From Ylistrum balloti (Eukaryota): 64,000 nucleotides of DNA. Position numbers and translations under genes: made by a program. Below, one piece after another: positions 14,477 to 27,333 of this stretch. The DNA is taken from assembly GCF_031769215.1 (NCBI RefSeq), contig NW_026781988.1, positions 310,001-374,000 on the forward strand. Reading direction: 5' to 3'. The first letter of the stretch is position 1. Each line of letters starts with the position of its first letter. The notes under the pieces are model-generated. The model had not been told where the DNA came from. It saw only the letters and a list, made by a program, of their open reading frames with translations, and searched no databases.

Positions 14477-15524
14477 CATCATACAGCTTTTCCGTCCTTC
14501 TAGAACTCGTCAGTGAAGCTACATCATACAGCTTTTCCGTCCTTCTAGAGCCCGTCAGTGATGCTACATCATACAGCTTTTCCGTCCTTCTAGAACTCGT
14601 CAATGATGCTACATCATACAGCTTTTCCGTCCTTCTAGAGCCCGTCAGTGATGCTACATCATACAGCTTTTCCGTCCTTCTAGAACTCGTCAATGATGCT
14701 ACATTATACAGCTTTTCCGTCCTTCTAGAGCTCGTCAGTGAAGCTACATCACACAGCTTTTCCGTCCTTCTAGAACTCGTCAGTGATGCTACATCATACA
14801 GCTGTTTTGTCCTTCTAGGACTCGTCAGTGATGCTACATCATACAGCTTTTCCGTCCTTCTAGAGCTCGTCAGTGATGCTACATCATACAGCTTTTCCGT
14901 CCTTCTAGAGCTCGTCAGTGATGTTACATCATACAGCTTTTCCGTCCTTCTAGAGCCCGTCAGTGATGCTACATCATACAGCTTTTCCGTCCTTCTAGAG
15001 CCCGTCAGTGATGCTACATCATACAGCTTTTCCGTCCTTCTAGAACTCGTCAGTGATGCTACATCATACAGCTTTTCCGTCCTTCTAGAACTCGTCAGTG
15101 ATGCTACATCATACAGCTTTTCCGTCCTTCTAGAGCTCGTCAGTGATGCTACATCATACAGCTTTTCCGTCCTTCTAGAGCCCGTCAGTGATGCTACATC
15201 ATACAGCTTTTCCGTCCTTCTAGAACTCGTCAGTGATGCTACATCATACAGCTTTTCCGTCCTTCTAGAACTCGTCAATGATGCTACATCATACAGCTTT
15301 TCCGTCCTTCTAGAGCTCGTCAGTGATGCTACATCACACAGCTTTTCTGTCCTTCTAGAACTCGTCAGTGATGCTACATCATACAGCTTTTCCGTCCTTC
15401 TAGAACTCGTCAGTGATGCTACATCATACAGCTTTTCACACAGCTTTTCCGTCCTTCTAGAACTCGTCAATGATGCTACATCATACAGCTTTTCCGTCCT
15501 TCTAGAGCTCGTCAGTGATGCTAC
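14477..15524 (-). repeat. 45-bp satellite, 23 monomers; hammerhead-derived with mutated core (GGAA-AAGCUG instead of GAAA-CAGCUG)
   Basis: Reverse-complement unit CATCACTGACGAG(T/C)TCTAGAAGGACGGAAAAGCTGTATGATGTAG. Same family and flanks as 27541-28616, inverted. Explains ORF 14469..15632. Confidence 0.95.
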
Positions 15525-16832
15525 GGGCCTAAATTTCGAAGCCGATGAGGTGACTGAGGAAAATTCAAAGTGATCAAGATCTAGAGGGGAGGTGCACTTA
15601 CCCCAAAATTCAATTAATTCCTTAATTTTCATTTACCGATAATTTCATAACGGTGTCAAGAACATGTATATAATTTGTCTACGCGTGCGTGTGTAAACTG
15701 TATAAGGATAGGAGGATATTATAGACCCCTGTTTCATAGACTCATCATCTGTAGGACTCTCATCCTAGCACTTAATGTCCACTCAGGATCACAAACGGCC
15801 GTTCATATTTATGTCGAATAAATATGATTCCTTTTATCTACCAACCATGACCACAGGCTTATTTCGCAGTAGATAGAATACAATGACAATGACAGAACAT
15901 ATTTATTGCGAAAAAAACCGTTATTTAGAATTGTAGAAGAAAAACAATCAAAAAGTTCTACTAATAATGAAACGCGATGTTTATAGACAATTCTGCAATT
16001 TGTAAAGTTGTATCACAACAGGCAAGCTAAACCCATTTTAAGTAAAATTCCTGAAAATATTGCCGTTTCAAATCACAATGCATTGTAAAATACATAATAT
16101 ATTGCTAGATATAAATACGCTTTCCTACAACATTCAATATTGTAAGATATACGTCAGATACACTACAATTGGTAACGTTTGTCTCACAACTGTGTTGGAA
16201 TAGTGTTGTTAATTTCTTACATTCGATATGTACATGTTTGTCTCCTGTACGTTCTGTGTGTAATCTTCACTACTGATACACAACAGTATTCGATGTCCAC
16301 CAAAACGTTTGAGTTGCTCTATCGCATCCTTTTGCTAATGGTAAAGTCACGTGCATGTTATACACGTGTAAGGCACCTGCATGGGGCTTATTTATACCTT
16401 GTAATAAACCCATTTTACGAGTTCGACTGAGAAAATGAGATAATGCTGTTTTCCGATGGAAACTCGTTTTATTAAGATATTGTTTGGATACTTACGCCTA
16501 GAGCTGGAAACATACATATACAAAGTATCTTTTAAGAAATCTCTTAGCAGCAAATTGGCCTCGCAAGTTGGCTTGGAGTCACAAAAAGGCGCCAGCCCTG
16601 TACGTATCTGGGAAGACTCATCTTTGTATGAGGTCATTGAACTTCTAATATTATAAACCCTATTTTATATTTGCTATCCTGCTATTTCAACAAATTCACT
16701 AAGCGTAATCTTAAAGTTTTGTAGTGTGCTGTCGCTTTGCCAGATACCTTCCTTATCTTGAACACTGTGGTTTCCTAGCCTCAATGTATGGTTTATCTTT
16801 TTTTTTATTATTTCCCAGCATCCTTTGAAATC

Positions 16833-19800
16833 ATGGCGGTGGACGGTTGTGGGAAGTTTCTGAAGTATTCCATGTTTCTGTTTAACATCGTCATCGTGGT
16901 AAGTATTTGACACAACTTACATAAACTTTGTAACGCGTTTTGTAAATTTGTTTGTGATACGTGTTACAAAGGATACCTTGGTAACTGTTCCCATCAGTAA
17001 CTAGTACAAAAACCGGCAAAGCCATTTGGAGCGAGCGTAGTATTCCTACTTATATCTTTCATTTTGCGACAATAATAATTACACCTTAAGTTTAAGGAAA
17101 TCATCCTTCCTTTAATATTCTATTTATTGTATTTCTGGCTAGTCCATTGTATTTCTGGCTAGTCCATTGTGGTTCTGGCTAGTCCATTGTGTTTCTGGCT
17201 AGTCCATTGTGGTTCTGGCTAGTCCATTGTGTTTCTGGCTAGTCCATTGTATTTCTGGCTAGTCCATTGTGTTTCTGGCTAGTCCATTGTGGTTCTGGCT
17301 AGTCCATTGTATTTCTGGCTAGTCCATTGTGTTTCTGGCTAGTCCATTGTGGTTCTGGCTAGTCCATTGTATTTCTGGCTAGTCCATTGTGTTTCTGGCT
17401 AGTCCATTGTGTTTCTGGCTAGTCCATTGTGGTTCTGGCTAGTCCATTGTATTTCTGGCTAGTCCATTGTGTTTCTGGCTAGTCCATTGTGGTTCTGGCT
17501 AGTCCATTGTATTTCTGGCTAGTCCATTGTGTTTCTGGCTAGTCCATTGTGGTTCTGGCTAGTCCATTGTGTTTCTGGCTAGTCCATTGTATTTCTGGCT
17601 AGTCCATTGTATTTCTAGCTAGTCCAGTGTGGTTCTGGCTAGTCCATTGTATTTCTGCCTAGTCCATTGTGGTTCTGGCTAGTCCATTGTGGTTCTGGCT
17701 AGTCCATTGTATTTCTGGCTAGTCCATTGTATTTCTGGCTAGTCCATTGTGGTTCTGGCTAGTCCATTGTATTTCTGGCTAGTCCATTGTATTTCTAGCT
17801 AGTCCAGTGTGGTTCTGGCTAGTCCATTGTATTTCTGGCTAGTCCATTGTGGTTCTGGCTAGTCCATTGTATTTCTGGCTAGTCCAGTGTGGTTCTGGCT
17901 AGTCCATTGTATTTATGGCTAGTCCATTGTATTTCTAGCTAGTCCAGTGTGGTTCTGGCTAGTCCATTGTATTTCTGGCTAGTCCATTGTGGTTCTGGCT
18001 AGTCCATTGTATTTCTGGCTAGTCCATTGTGGTTCTGGCTAGTCCATTGTGGTTCTGGCTAGTCCATTGTATTTCTGGCTAGTCCATTGTGTTTCTGGCT
18101 AGTCCATGGTGGTTCTGGCTAGTCCATTGTGGTTCTGGCTAGTCCATTGTGTTTCTGGCTAGTCCATTGTATTTCTGGCTAGTCCATCGTATTTCTGGCT
18201 AGTCCATCGTGTTTCTAGCTAGTCCATTGCATTTCTGGCTAGTCCATTGTGGTTCTGGCTAGTCCATTGTGTTTCTGGCTAGTCCATCGTATTTCTGGCT
18301 AGTATTTCTGGCTAGTCCATTGTATTTCTGGCTAGTCCATTGTGTTTCTGGCTAGTCCATTGTGTTTCTGGCTAGTCCATTGTATTTCTAGCTAGTCCAT
18401 CGTGTTTCTGGCTAGTCCATTGTGTTTTATTGTATATCGTTTATCCTTTCGGATTATCTCTGTTTACATATACTAATCGCGTAAACTTGTTCAGTCAAAC
18501 TCTTGTTGTATGCACACATGATGAAGAGTCTTGGTGATCGAAATTATTTGTTACTATGTCCGCAGTGTTGCTATGTCCACCATGTTGCTATCCGCCATTG
18601 GCGCATAACATAACATCTTCATGACTGATAGTATGTGTGAAATTTTTCATTTTTTTTTTCGCGTGTTATCCTTAGGCCTTAAGCGGCCCCGTGGGTCTGC
18701 TCGAGCTATGCTCGCGATAGAATTGTTTGAGTTTTTACTTCTCCATAGTAATAACAATTTCAACAACATCACGAGCTCTTTGACATAGATCATGTGTACC
18801 TGTGTTATTGAGTATTATTTTTAATTCACCATTATGTGGAGTTGACACGATGTCAAAATGTTGAAAGATTCTACACATATACCTATGTCGATAGGGTTAG
18901 CGCGAGGTTGAAAGCGATTCTTGAACAACTGCAGTCTTCAAGGGAGATCGGTATGAAAATTCCTGACTTTCATCCTTCTACCGAAATAATTACCAGCTAT
19001 TTTTGAGGATTGACAGAAACATGCAGTATTGTAAACATAGATGTTTTTTTTTTTTGTTACAGATAGCGGGTTGTTGCTTAGTAGGGTTTGGTATCTACAC
19101 AAAGACCAATCATGTTGGAATAACACGTGTATCATCTGTTCTTGGCGGTAATCTCGTCGTCACCCTTTCCCTTCTCCTCATCATCGCCGGAGCCATCGTC
19201 ATCCTTCTCTCTTTCCTTGGCTGTTGTGGTGCCATCAAGGAAATTCGCTGCATGCTAGTAACTGTGAGTATGACATGGCTGTAAGTTCCTTTAAGTGACA
19301 GGCTCGCTGTCATTTCCCATCCATTCTATGTATGATTTCTTTGCATTCCTCTATGTCAATATGACGTCACTGTCAGCTAACCTCTTTTAGTGCCAGCCTC
19401 GGTATCTCCCTTTTATAAACTAGCCGTCTACATCAAAATGACGACACTACATGTTAGTGACAGCCTCGCTGTCATGTTTAATATGTTACTTTCAACTTTC
19501 CGTTGGCAAACTTCTGCGTCAGAATGATGTCACTACATGTTTGTGACAGCCTCAATATCATGTTAAATCTGTCAATGAAAACTTTTCGTTAGCAGTCCTC
19601 TGCGTCAATGTGACGTCACTACATATTTATGACAGCCTCGCTTTCATTTTTAATCTGCCAATGTAAACTTTTCGTTTGCAGTCCTTTGCGTCAATATGAC
19701 GTCACTGCATGGTTTTGACAGCCTCACTATCATGATAAATCTGTCAATGAAAACTTTTCGTTAGCAGTCCTCTGCGTCAATGGGACGTCATTACATGTTA

Positions 19801-22800
19801 GTGACAGCCTCGCTATCATGTTTAATATGTTACTTTAAACTTTCCGTTGGCAGTCCACTGCGTCAATATGACGTCACTGCATATAAGTGACAGCCTCGCT
19901 ATCATGTTTAATATGTTACTTTAAACTTTCCGTTGGCAGTCCTCTGCGTCAATATGACGTCACTACATGTAAGTGACAGCCTCGCTATCATTTTTAATCT
20001 ATCAATGTAAACTTTTCGTTGGCAGTCCACTGCGTCAATATGACTTCACTACATATAAGTGACAGCCTCGCTATCGTTTCAGAGTCTGTCGCGGTAAACA
20101 ATTAAAGGCTTTCCGCTGTCTGACCTTTATGTCGGCTAAAGAAGTTAGTCTGGTCCCAGGTTATCTGTGCTAAGACGATTAATCACTTGAGAAAATTCTG
20201 GGTTTTCTAACCTCACGCTATGTAGACGAAGGATATAAACGATTCTATTTATATATCATTACTCACCAACAATTGATGGTATTAAGGTAGTTTGGGAATT
20301 GACTGAGAAATCAATCAAGTTGCATTCTTCATTCCTATCTTATAATCAACAAAATGTAAAATTGAGTTTTTCGATAATTATGGTAACTGTATAGCGTATA
20401 GAGTAAATAAGTAACAGACCTTTCCATTAGGAGGTGGGGGGTGGGAGTGGGGGAGGGGGTGGGGGTGGGAGTGGGGGAGGGGGATGGGGGTGGGGGAGGA
20501 ATTTGGATCAATCTGAGACCACTGATTGATAAGCTTATTTTATCATGCTGACAACAAAAATACTTTAATTTGCTTAACAGTTACTCTTCCATCATGCCTA
20601 ATTCAAATTATGTATATTACTGTAGACGGATTTTATATAAGTGAGCAATAATTCAATTTTGGTAGTATACTTATTATGTATTGAATGTATTGTATATACG
20701 ACTGAAAAAAGTATTTGCTGAGCAGAAAACACAAATAATAGACTTTACACTCCAATATCACGTTTGTTCGAACTTTCCAGCACAAACATTAATTTATCAC
20801 CAAGAATCTCCATGATGGCCAAATTGGCACCCCACCTTTACCGTCAACTTTTCATATTTCTGTTACAGTTTTTCGTGTTGCTGTTTGTGATGTTCATGAC
20901 ACCCCACCTTTACCGTCAACTTTTCATATTTCTGTTACAGTTTTTCGTGTTGCTGTTTGTGATGTTCATAACACACCACCTTTACCGTCAACTTTTCATA
21001 TTTCTGTTACAGTTTTTCGTGTTGCTGTTTGTGATGTTCGTCGGTTTCGTGGTGAGCGCAGTACTGGTGTATGCATTCCGGGCAAAGGTACGTGAATCCA
21101 TGTGACATTTAAAAAGGCTGACGTTGAACACTAGTTTGCTACAATAGATTGTTTGAGCGTTAGAATGTTTGAACACCGGAACATTCACCTCTATGGAACA
21201 CTTGCTGGGTTTTCAGCTTGAAAACAAACACTACGTTAGGACCAAACATTACGTTTGCTGATGAAAACTGTTCTAGACTGTTTTCCACTATTGTGTTCTT
21301 TATGAGGTTTAGATATATGTCTACTTAACAGAATGGATTTATTATCGATAAGAACAGGCAATATCATGTTATATACCACTTGGATATCAAGGTCAAGTCT
21401 CAAGAGAAGGTCATAATGCCATGTATCACATAAACTTCAAGTTCAAAATCCAATGGTATACATTTATGCAAATCTATGTTTACTGTTTATGAAACAGTTG
21501 GATGGACCTCCTTTGAAGTTCTATCAACTTTTAACAATGATTCATTGACATGTTCTGAGAAGAAATCCGGAAACTAGAGACTAACGTTTAAACTTGTTGT
21601 TATACAATGTGTTTATATCTTTTACTTCAGATAGAAAAGTACACTTTAGAGCACCTGCGTGGGTCACTGTACAACGACTACGGGTTCGAACCCCAGGTCA
21701 CTGAGGCATGGGACTCCATGCAACAGATCGTAAGTACTCTGTTCAATGTCAAGATCACGCAGATTATTAGTACAAAATCTAATGTCAAGGTTACAGACTC
21801 GTACGCTTTGTGTAGATGAGTATCACAGGAATCAAGACTTATTGTATTTAAGTAAGGGCACGGTAATAGGAACTTAGATATATCAATCAATTATAACATT
21901 TAGCTATTCTGGGTCACAGGAAACCGTAAAAAGCTCTGAGACATGGGATAAGTTCAAGGTCAGGTAGACCAGTCCTTTATAAAGCAGCGCATGCTATCTT
22001 TTTCAATTCAAGGTCAATGAAAGTTTTCATCATGATTTTTTTTTTTTTTCGGATTCGTTTGTGCGTATATGGAACAAATGTATCTGTGACATAAATATGC
22101 ATAATTTTTGTAACAGTTTAAATGTTGTGGAGTGGAAGGAGACGTGAACTCCACCAGTTCCTGGGCCTTTTACAAGAAGCACTCGGCGTGGTTCCTTAAC
22201 CAGACAGGTATATCTCTGAAGCATGTTTAGCTATATCTGAATTTTGAAATCTGAACTCTAATAGCCCATCAGATCTCTGGCGTGGGTAGATGGTACGACA
22301 TGACTTGATGACTTGATGGAAAGCTAAGTATACTGTATATATCGTCCGTTATCTGATCGTTCACATCAGTCTTTGATAAATCAATTAATCTTGTATTCTT
22401 GCTACATACATAATATTCTGATATGAGTTGATTATATCTTTCCTTCTGATGTAAGATTTTGTTAAAACCGCCACAGATATCTTGATGACGCTGTATAGAT
22501 AATGACCATTGTGTGTCTTCAATCAACAGTGTGTAGTGTATTTAAAACAGACTAAGTGGCCTTGCCGGAGGTGCAGATCAAATAAAAATATGTTTTTTTT
22601 TATCCCTAGACTGTTAAATGTTTATGATGTGAGATTATGAAGAAAGTGTGATAAATTATCTTTTTGGCAGCAGGAAGTAAATGTTATCGGAAACAAAACT
22701 CTCTTTCAATCTGTTTTTCTTGGCTGTGTTATTATTAAGTTAAATGACGGATGATGAAATATAACCGCAGTCAAACCAGCTAATTTTATCTTTTATACTT

Positions 22801-25446
22801 TGTAATGATATATATATAAAAAAAATTGTCGTTTCACGACTCACAAGACCATCAGTGAATCGAAGTTATAAGGTCAACGTCGCAAACCAAGGTCAAAAGT
22901 CAAGACCACGGGAACTGTTTAACATTATGTAATAGCAAAATAAGTTTAAGGAAACCGTCATATCAAATTATTGGACCATGATGGCATAGATACACGTGTC
23001 TATTTAACCGACATTCTTTAGAAACTGTTTGAAAACTCTAAATCCGTGTTCCTATTAAGTTCTAAGGTAGACTAACATTAATAATGACGTCACAATAATA
23101 CTCGGATGTCTTACGACACAAGCCAGATAGGTGATAATGTCGTTATCAATGTCTGATTCACCAATCCCTACCGCTGACTACTCCAATCAACCAACCCCGA
23201 CCCATCCCCGTCCCCCACCCATCACCCGACCCATCATCATCACCATCAGTATCCCGATGACCCGATTCATCTCCATCCTCATCCCTACCCAACCTCATCC
23301 CCGACCCCTGACCTCTCCCCATTCCCGTCATCATCCCCATCCCTGGCCTATATCTTATATTGACTCCATAGCCTAATCCAATTCTTATTTTTGGCTAAAC
23401 CACGTTTAAACTTAAAACAGTGATACAAAAACGTAAATATCCGATTTAACTTCTGCTAGTATAAAAGATGATGATAAATCTGATTGACAGCTCCAATCAA
23501 GTACGTGCCGGACAGTTGTTGTGCTGACCCAACCAGTACCCCTAACAGGACCATGTGTATAGGCCAAGCCCTCCGCAATATCGCCCCGGCATATGGACCA
23601 CCTGTCCCTCCGGAGAAGAACAACAACCAAATGTTTGAAAAGGTATCTCACACAAGAAAAACTTACCATTAAAAGTACAGACTCGTGGTTTGTACAGAGA
23701 GAGGTATGTCAGTCATGACGCCAGAACAATGTTACACGTTAGACATTCTCTCTGAGGGCGACAGGCACTCTGTTCTACCGATATGCACAGTGTAATATGT
23801 CTACTTTTGGCCACCTCTAATATGTTACCGTGTACCATCTGTACTTTTAATCATTCGATATTGAATAATATTAACGTTTAGTTTGGTTCTGAAAAAAGAA
23901 GTGAAAGAATTGTAATATATTTGCGATATAGTCATAATGGAAGTCGGGGAAGCACCAAAGTCAATGTAGGATTACAGGGGTAGATCATGTGATGTCCCAG
24001 AGATGACGTCATTAAAATCATGACGTGGAACCTTATAAAACTGTTGCTTTATAAGTGACATACATACATAAGATGGCGGAAACACAACGACTTTGAGGAA
24101 GTTGACGGTTGTCAGTGTCAATATGGAAGATGACGATATAAAATAGACTAGGTGTTTATACTATTCCATAATGTCACTATTTACATAGACGTAATTGCTA
24201 CGCCATCTTGCAGGTCATCATGGTGCATGGACGGATTGAATCAGTCGGTATATGAGTGTATTACAAGTGTTCCCAATTTAACTTAAAGTAAAAACCAAAA
24301 AATTTCATTATTCTGACACCATCTTCCAGCTAAGCATTAGTTGTACAGTGATTGCATCAATCGAAATAGCAGTGTATTACAAGCGTCCATAATTCAACTA
24401 ATATAAAAAACGTGTGAAGCAATTTACGGAAATAGACCTTATTTTTTCGCTTTCATTTTGCTCTGAATGAACATTCAATATATCTGGTTGTCTGTGTTTC
24501 CATTCTGTTGGCCGGCGATCTGCAGAAAAAAGTGTACTTGATGTGTAACCTTTACACTCTGCTGAAGTCCGTGACAATGAGATGTAGACATGCCTGAAAC
24601 CCGACAGTATCAGAAAGTCATCCAAACAGCAGTTAAAATAGCTCGGTTATTTAATCATATGATTGCCGACATTCGCTTTCCTTCCAGGTCAATGAGTGAA
24701 AATGTTGCGGATCCACTCTTAGCCTTTTACATAGCTAGTGTTTGTTGGCATAGTTTTCGTATTTTTTGTTCACTTTTCCCGGTAGTTTGACTCTGTCTGT
24801 CCGTTGTTTTACTCATTCTTAAAAGTGTAACTGAATATTTCCATAGAAAAATAACCCAATACCTACTTGTACTCAATAATTCTATATGCAGTTCAGCTCA
24901 ACATTGTCATTGTTTAGGTCGAGACAAAATTGATGTCATAATACAGCACATTGAGTTGTGTATAGTGATTTATTTTTTATGTATTTATTTATTATTTACT
25001 TTATTTATTTATTTATTGTTTATCTATTATTTATTTATTTTCAGGGATGTTACACACAGCTGGAAGGGTTTTTATCGGAAAATATAAAAATCTTGCTGGG
25101 GGTGCTTTCGGGAATAGCGTTTGTTATGGTAGGTATATATAAGTGATAGACAGCTACATATTTCAGTATACATAGCATATACAGCAAAATACATTGAAAA
25201 AGAATATAATGACTACTGTGCATACATATTTCGATTGCATCATGCTTTAATAGTTTTTTTTTATTTTAACATTTGAACGATCTATCATTTTGGCATTGTT
25301 TCAATAAATTTCATAAATTTCTTTCATCTGTTCGCAAGTTGAGATCCACCTGTGACAATCCTAGTGTTTATCTTTTACAGATACTGGGGATGGTATTTTC
25401 TGTTTGTTTGTGTCGACGGATACAGGACGATTTTTATTGTGATTGA
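16833..25446 (+). CDS. Tetraspanin (6-cysteine EC2 type), 277 aa, 8 coding exons
   Basis: Exons 16833-16898, 19063-19263, 21013-21087, 21631-21729, 22117-22207, 23491-23642, 25045-25128, 25381-25446. All introns GT-AG with compatible phases; 834 nt open to TGA. Four hydrophobic helices, GCCGAIKE, CCG, PDSCC, GCY and a C-terminal CLC are tetraspanin hallmarks. Subfamily not assigned. Confidence 0.95.
17126..18427. repeat. 20-bp minisatellite, ~65 copies, tetraspanin intron after first coding exon
   Basis: Unit TTCTGGCTAGTCCATTGT(AT/GT/GG). Confidence 0.97.
18421..18645 (+). repeat. Dispersed repeat, copy 2 (related to ~5110-5340), abutting the 20-bp array
   Basis: Same conserved blocks as copy 1. 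Confidence 0.75.
19355..20075. repeat. 86-bp diverged minisatellite, ~8 copies, carrying TGACGTCA palindromes
   Basis: 86-bp period seen at 19690, 19776, 19862, 19948, 20034. Perfect TGACGTCA at 19362, 19611, 19697, 19869, 19955. Confidence 0.9.
20430..20499 (+). other. G-tract repeat, potential G-quadruplex
   Basis: More than ten runs of 3-6 G with 1-3 nt spacers. Confidence 0.75.
20829..21039 (+). repeat. 72-bp triplication of the tetraspanin exon-3 acceptor plus first 27 exon nt
   Basis: TTTCTGTTACAG|TTTTTCGTGTTGCTGTTTGTGATGTTC occurs with exon starts at 20869, 20941 and 21013. Confidence 0.95.
23160..23345. repeat. C-rich low-complexity tract in a tetraspanin intron
   Basis: Repeated CCC/CATCCC/GACCC units. 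Confidence 0.8.
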
Positions 25447-25944
25447 TGAAAAGTGGACACGTGTACAGAAATATAGAAAACCTGGAGGGGTATCGAACAG
25501 AAGTCTCCTGTAGTTATCTACGAAGAACTTTGTGTAGTCAGCGATAGAAGAGTACCGAAGTCGAAGTCGGTCCTAAACGTAACAGAGTGACACAATGAGA
25601 AAGATTTCATAAGGGTGCATGCCGAACAAAAGGCCCTAAATATTTATATGACTGTTAATGTAAACACACGAGGGACACCGGATGTGTAAATACCCTTGAG
25701 GAACATCGAACAGTCACAAGAGTACATTGCGCCCTGCGAATGTACCTTGTACCTTGTAAGTACACAACGGAGTAGTATCGAAAGATCAATAAGAAAATAC
25801 ATATACGTACTTTGAAATGAGGCAGAAAATTACATCATGCTTTTTTGTTGATGACGCTATTTTCTACAATATTGTGTTACAAAATGATGACACTTTTATC
25901 TCGACCCTTGGCTTTTAATAACTATTTCAGAAAAAAACCCATAA

Positions 25945-27333
25945 CGTGCAGGATACATAAATATTTTAGTGATATTTTTCAATTTGGAACTTCCATACAC
26001 ATTATTTAATTCCTAACTAAATTTAGGTGGGTGAGAGTATTCTTGTAGTATGGAAACCGATTTAAGGCGGAATGTTCCATGTTGTACTACTTACAGTTAC
26101 AAAAGAGTTCTGTAAACTGTAATACTGCATTGTAAATCAGTATATGACACTTTTTAAACATATTTATTGACACATGTAACACTGCAGTGATTATTTGATA
26201 ATTAACGAGTTGTTGCGTATAAGGGGAGACAACGCCGTAGACTACCACTAATGGGTCGGTTAGCCATTGTATCATGTCTTCCAAACATTGTCTTTTTCCC
26301 GCATCCTCGACCCCAAGTGAAAAACGATAGTGTGATTTTCATGTGGGACCGAAGATGTTGAAATACTTTAGCACCACGATCCCACAGGGACCTGGCACGA
26401 ATGTCCAACTCTATGGTCCAAATTTATGTATTATTAGTAAACGGACAGTGAGAGTAGGCTTCCAAGCCGAGTCCCTGTGGGATATGGTATATTACTTGCG
26501 AATCAGAACAGTATCTAGTTGTTCTTGCTGAATATTATCAGTTTTTTTTCTTCTGGGACAAAACTTTGATCTAGTGGTTTACGGCTACTTGTGTTTCGGT
26601 AACCGATACAAAGTCTCGTGAACCAAACGTGCATTGGACGAGAGTAGAGATACGTATGGCAAGGTATTGGGGAATCAGTGGCTTATTCTTCATGGTGTAA
26701 TTTTTGTATATAAATGTAAATTTGTTCCTTGATTAAATTGTCTGTAGTGCATTGACTATTAAATACAAAGATGTACTGAATAAGATTCTTATCGTCATAT
26801 CTCGTTCTAGTACAATTTTATAAGATAGTATCCTTGTATTTTGGTATTGATGCCCCTGTTAGAAACGCGTAGGAATTTCCAACATTAATGTAGGTAAAAC
26901 AATTTTAGTTTGCAAAAAGGACAGAATTCGACATATGTGGCTTTTAGAACTGTTTTCAATAACGTCTAACTACTAGTGTATACAATGCAATTTATGAATG
27001 AAATGTGATATTGTGAATTATTGTGATGAATATTATTGTGTGTTTGTAAATCGTGCCCTGCACGTGATTGAGTGCCTTTTTGGTTTTGTACTATATCTTG
27101 TGGCGAGACAAGCTGCGTGATGTCATTAAAATGTGTGCATCGTCATCAAATTCTGTGTTGTTTATCCGATTCGCATTACCTACATGTTCAGCCCTATTTA
27201 CATATGTCATTTATTTTATATAGATCAAATCATTTTGTTGTTCTACAGTTACATGAATATTTAATTATAGAAACCGAATATATTACCTCATTACCAGCAG
27301 ACACCTGACCACATGACTCCAAGTCTTTGGGTT
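25945..27333 (+). repeat. ~1.35-kb duplicated block, copy A (copy B 37181-38515)
   Basis: Collinear similarity from GATACATAAATATTTTAGT to CTCCAAGTCTTT(G/C)GG. Each copy lies upstream of one DNase I gene. Confidence 0.9.

Noticed and set aside
14469-15632. 387-aa ORF of DVASLTSSRRTEKLY repeats, and the 335-aa ORF at 27618-28625
   Set aside because: These are stop-free frames of a 45-bp satellite. The conserved signal is RNA structure, and there is no splice or protein-family support.
26343-26531. Similar ORFs (YFSTTIPQGPGTN...) here and at 37626-37853
   Set aside because: Explained by DNA-level duplication; indels and starts differ between the copies.
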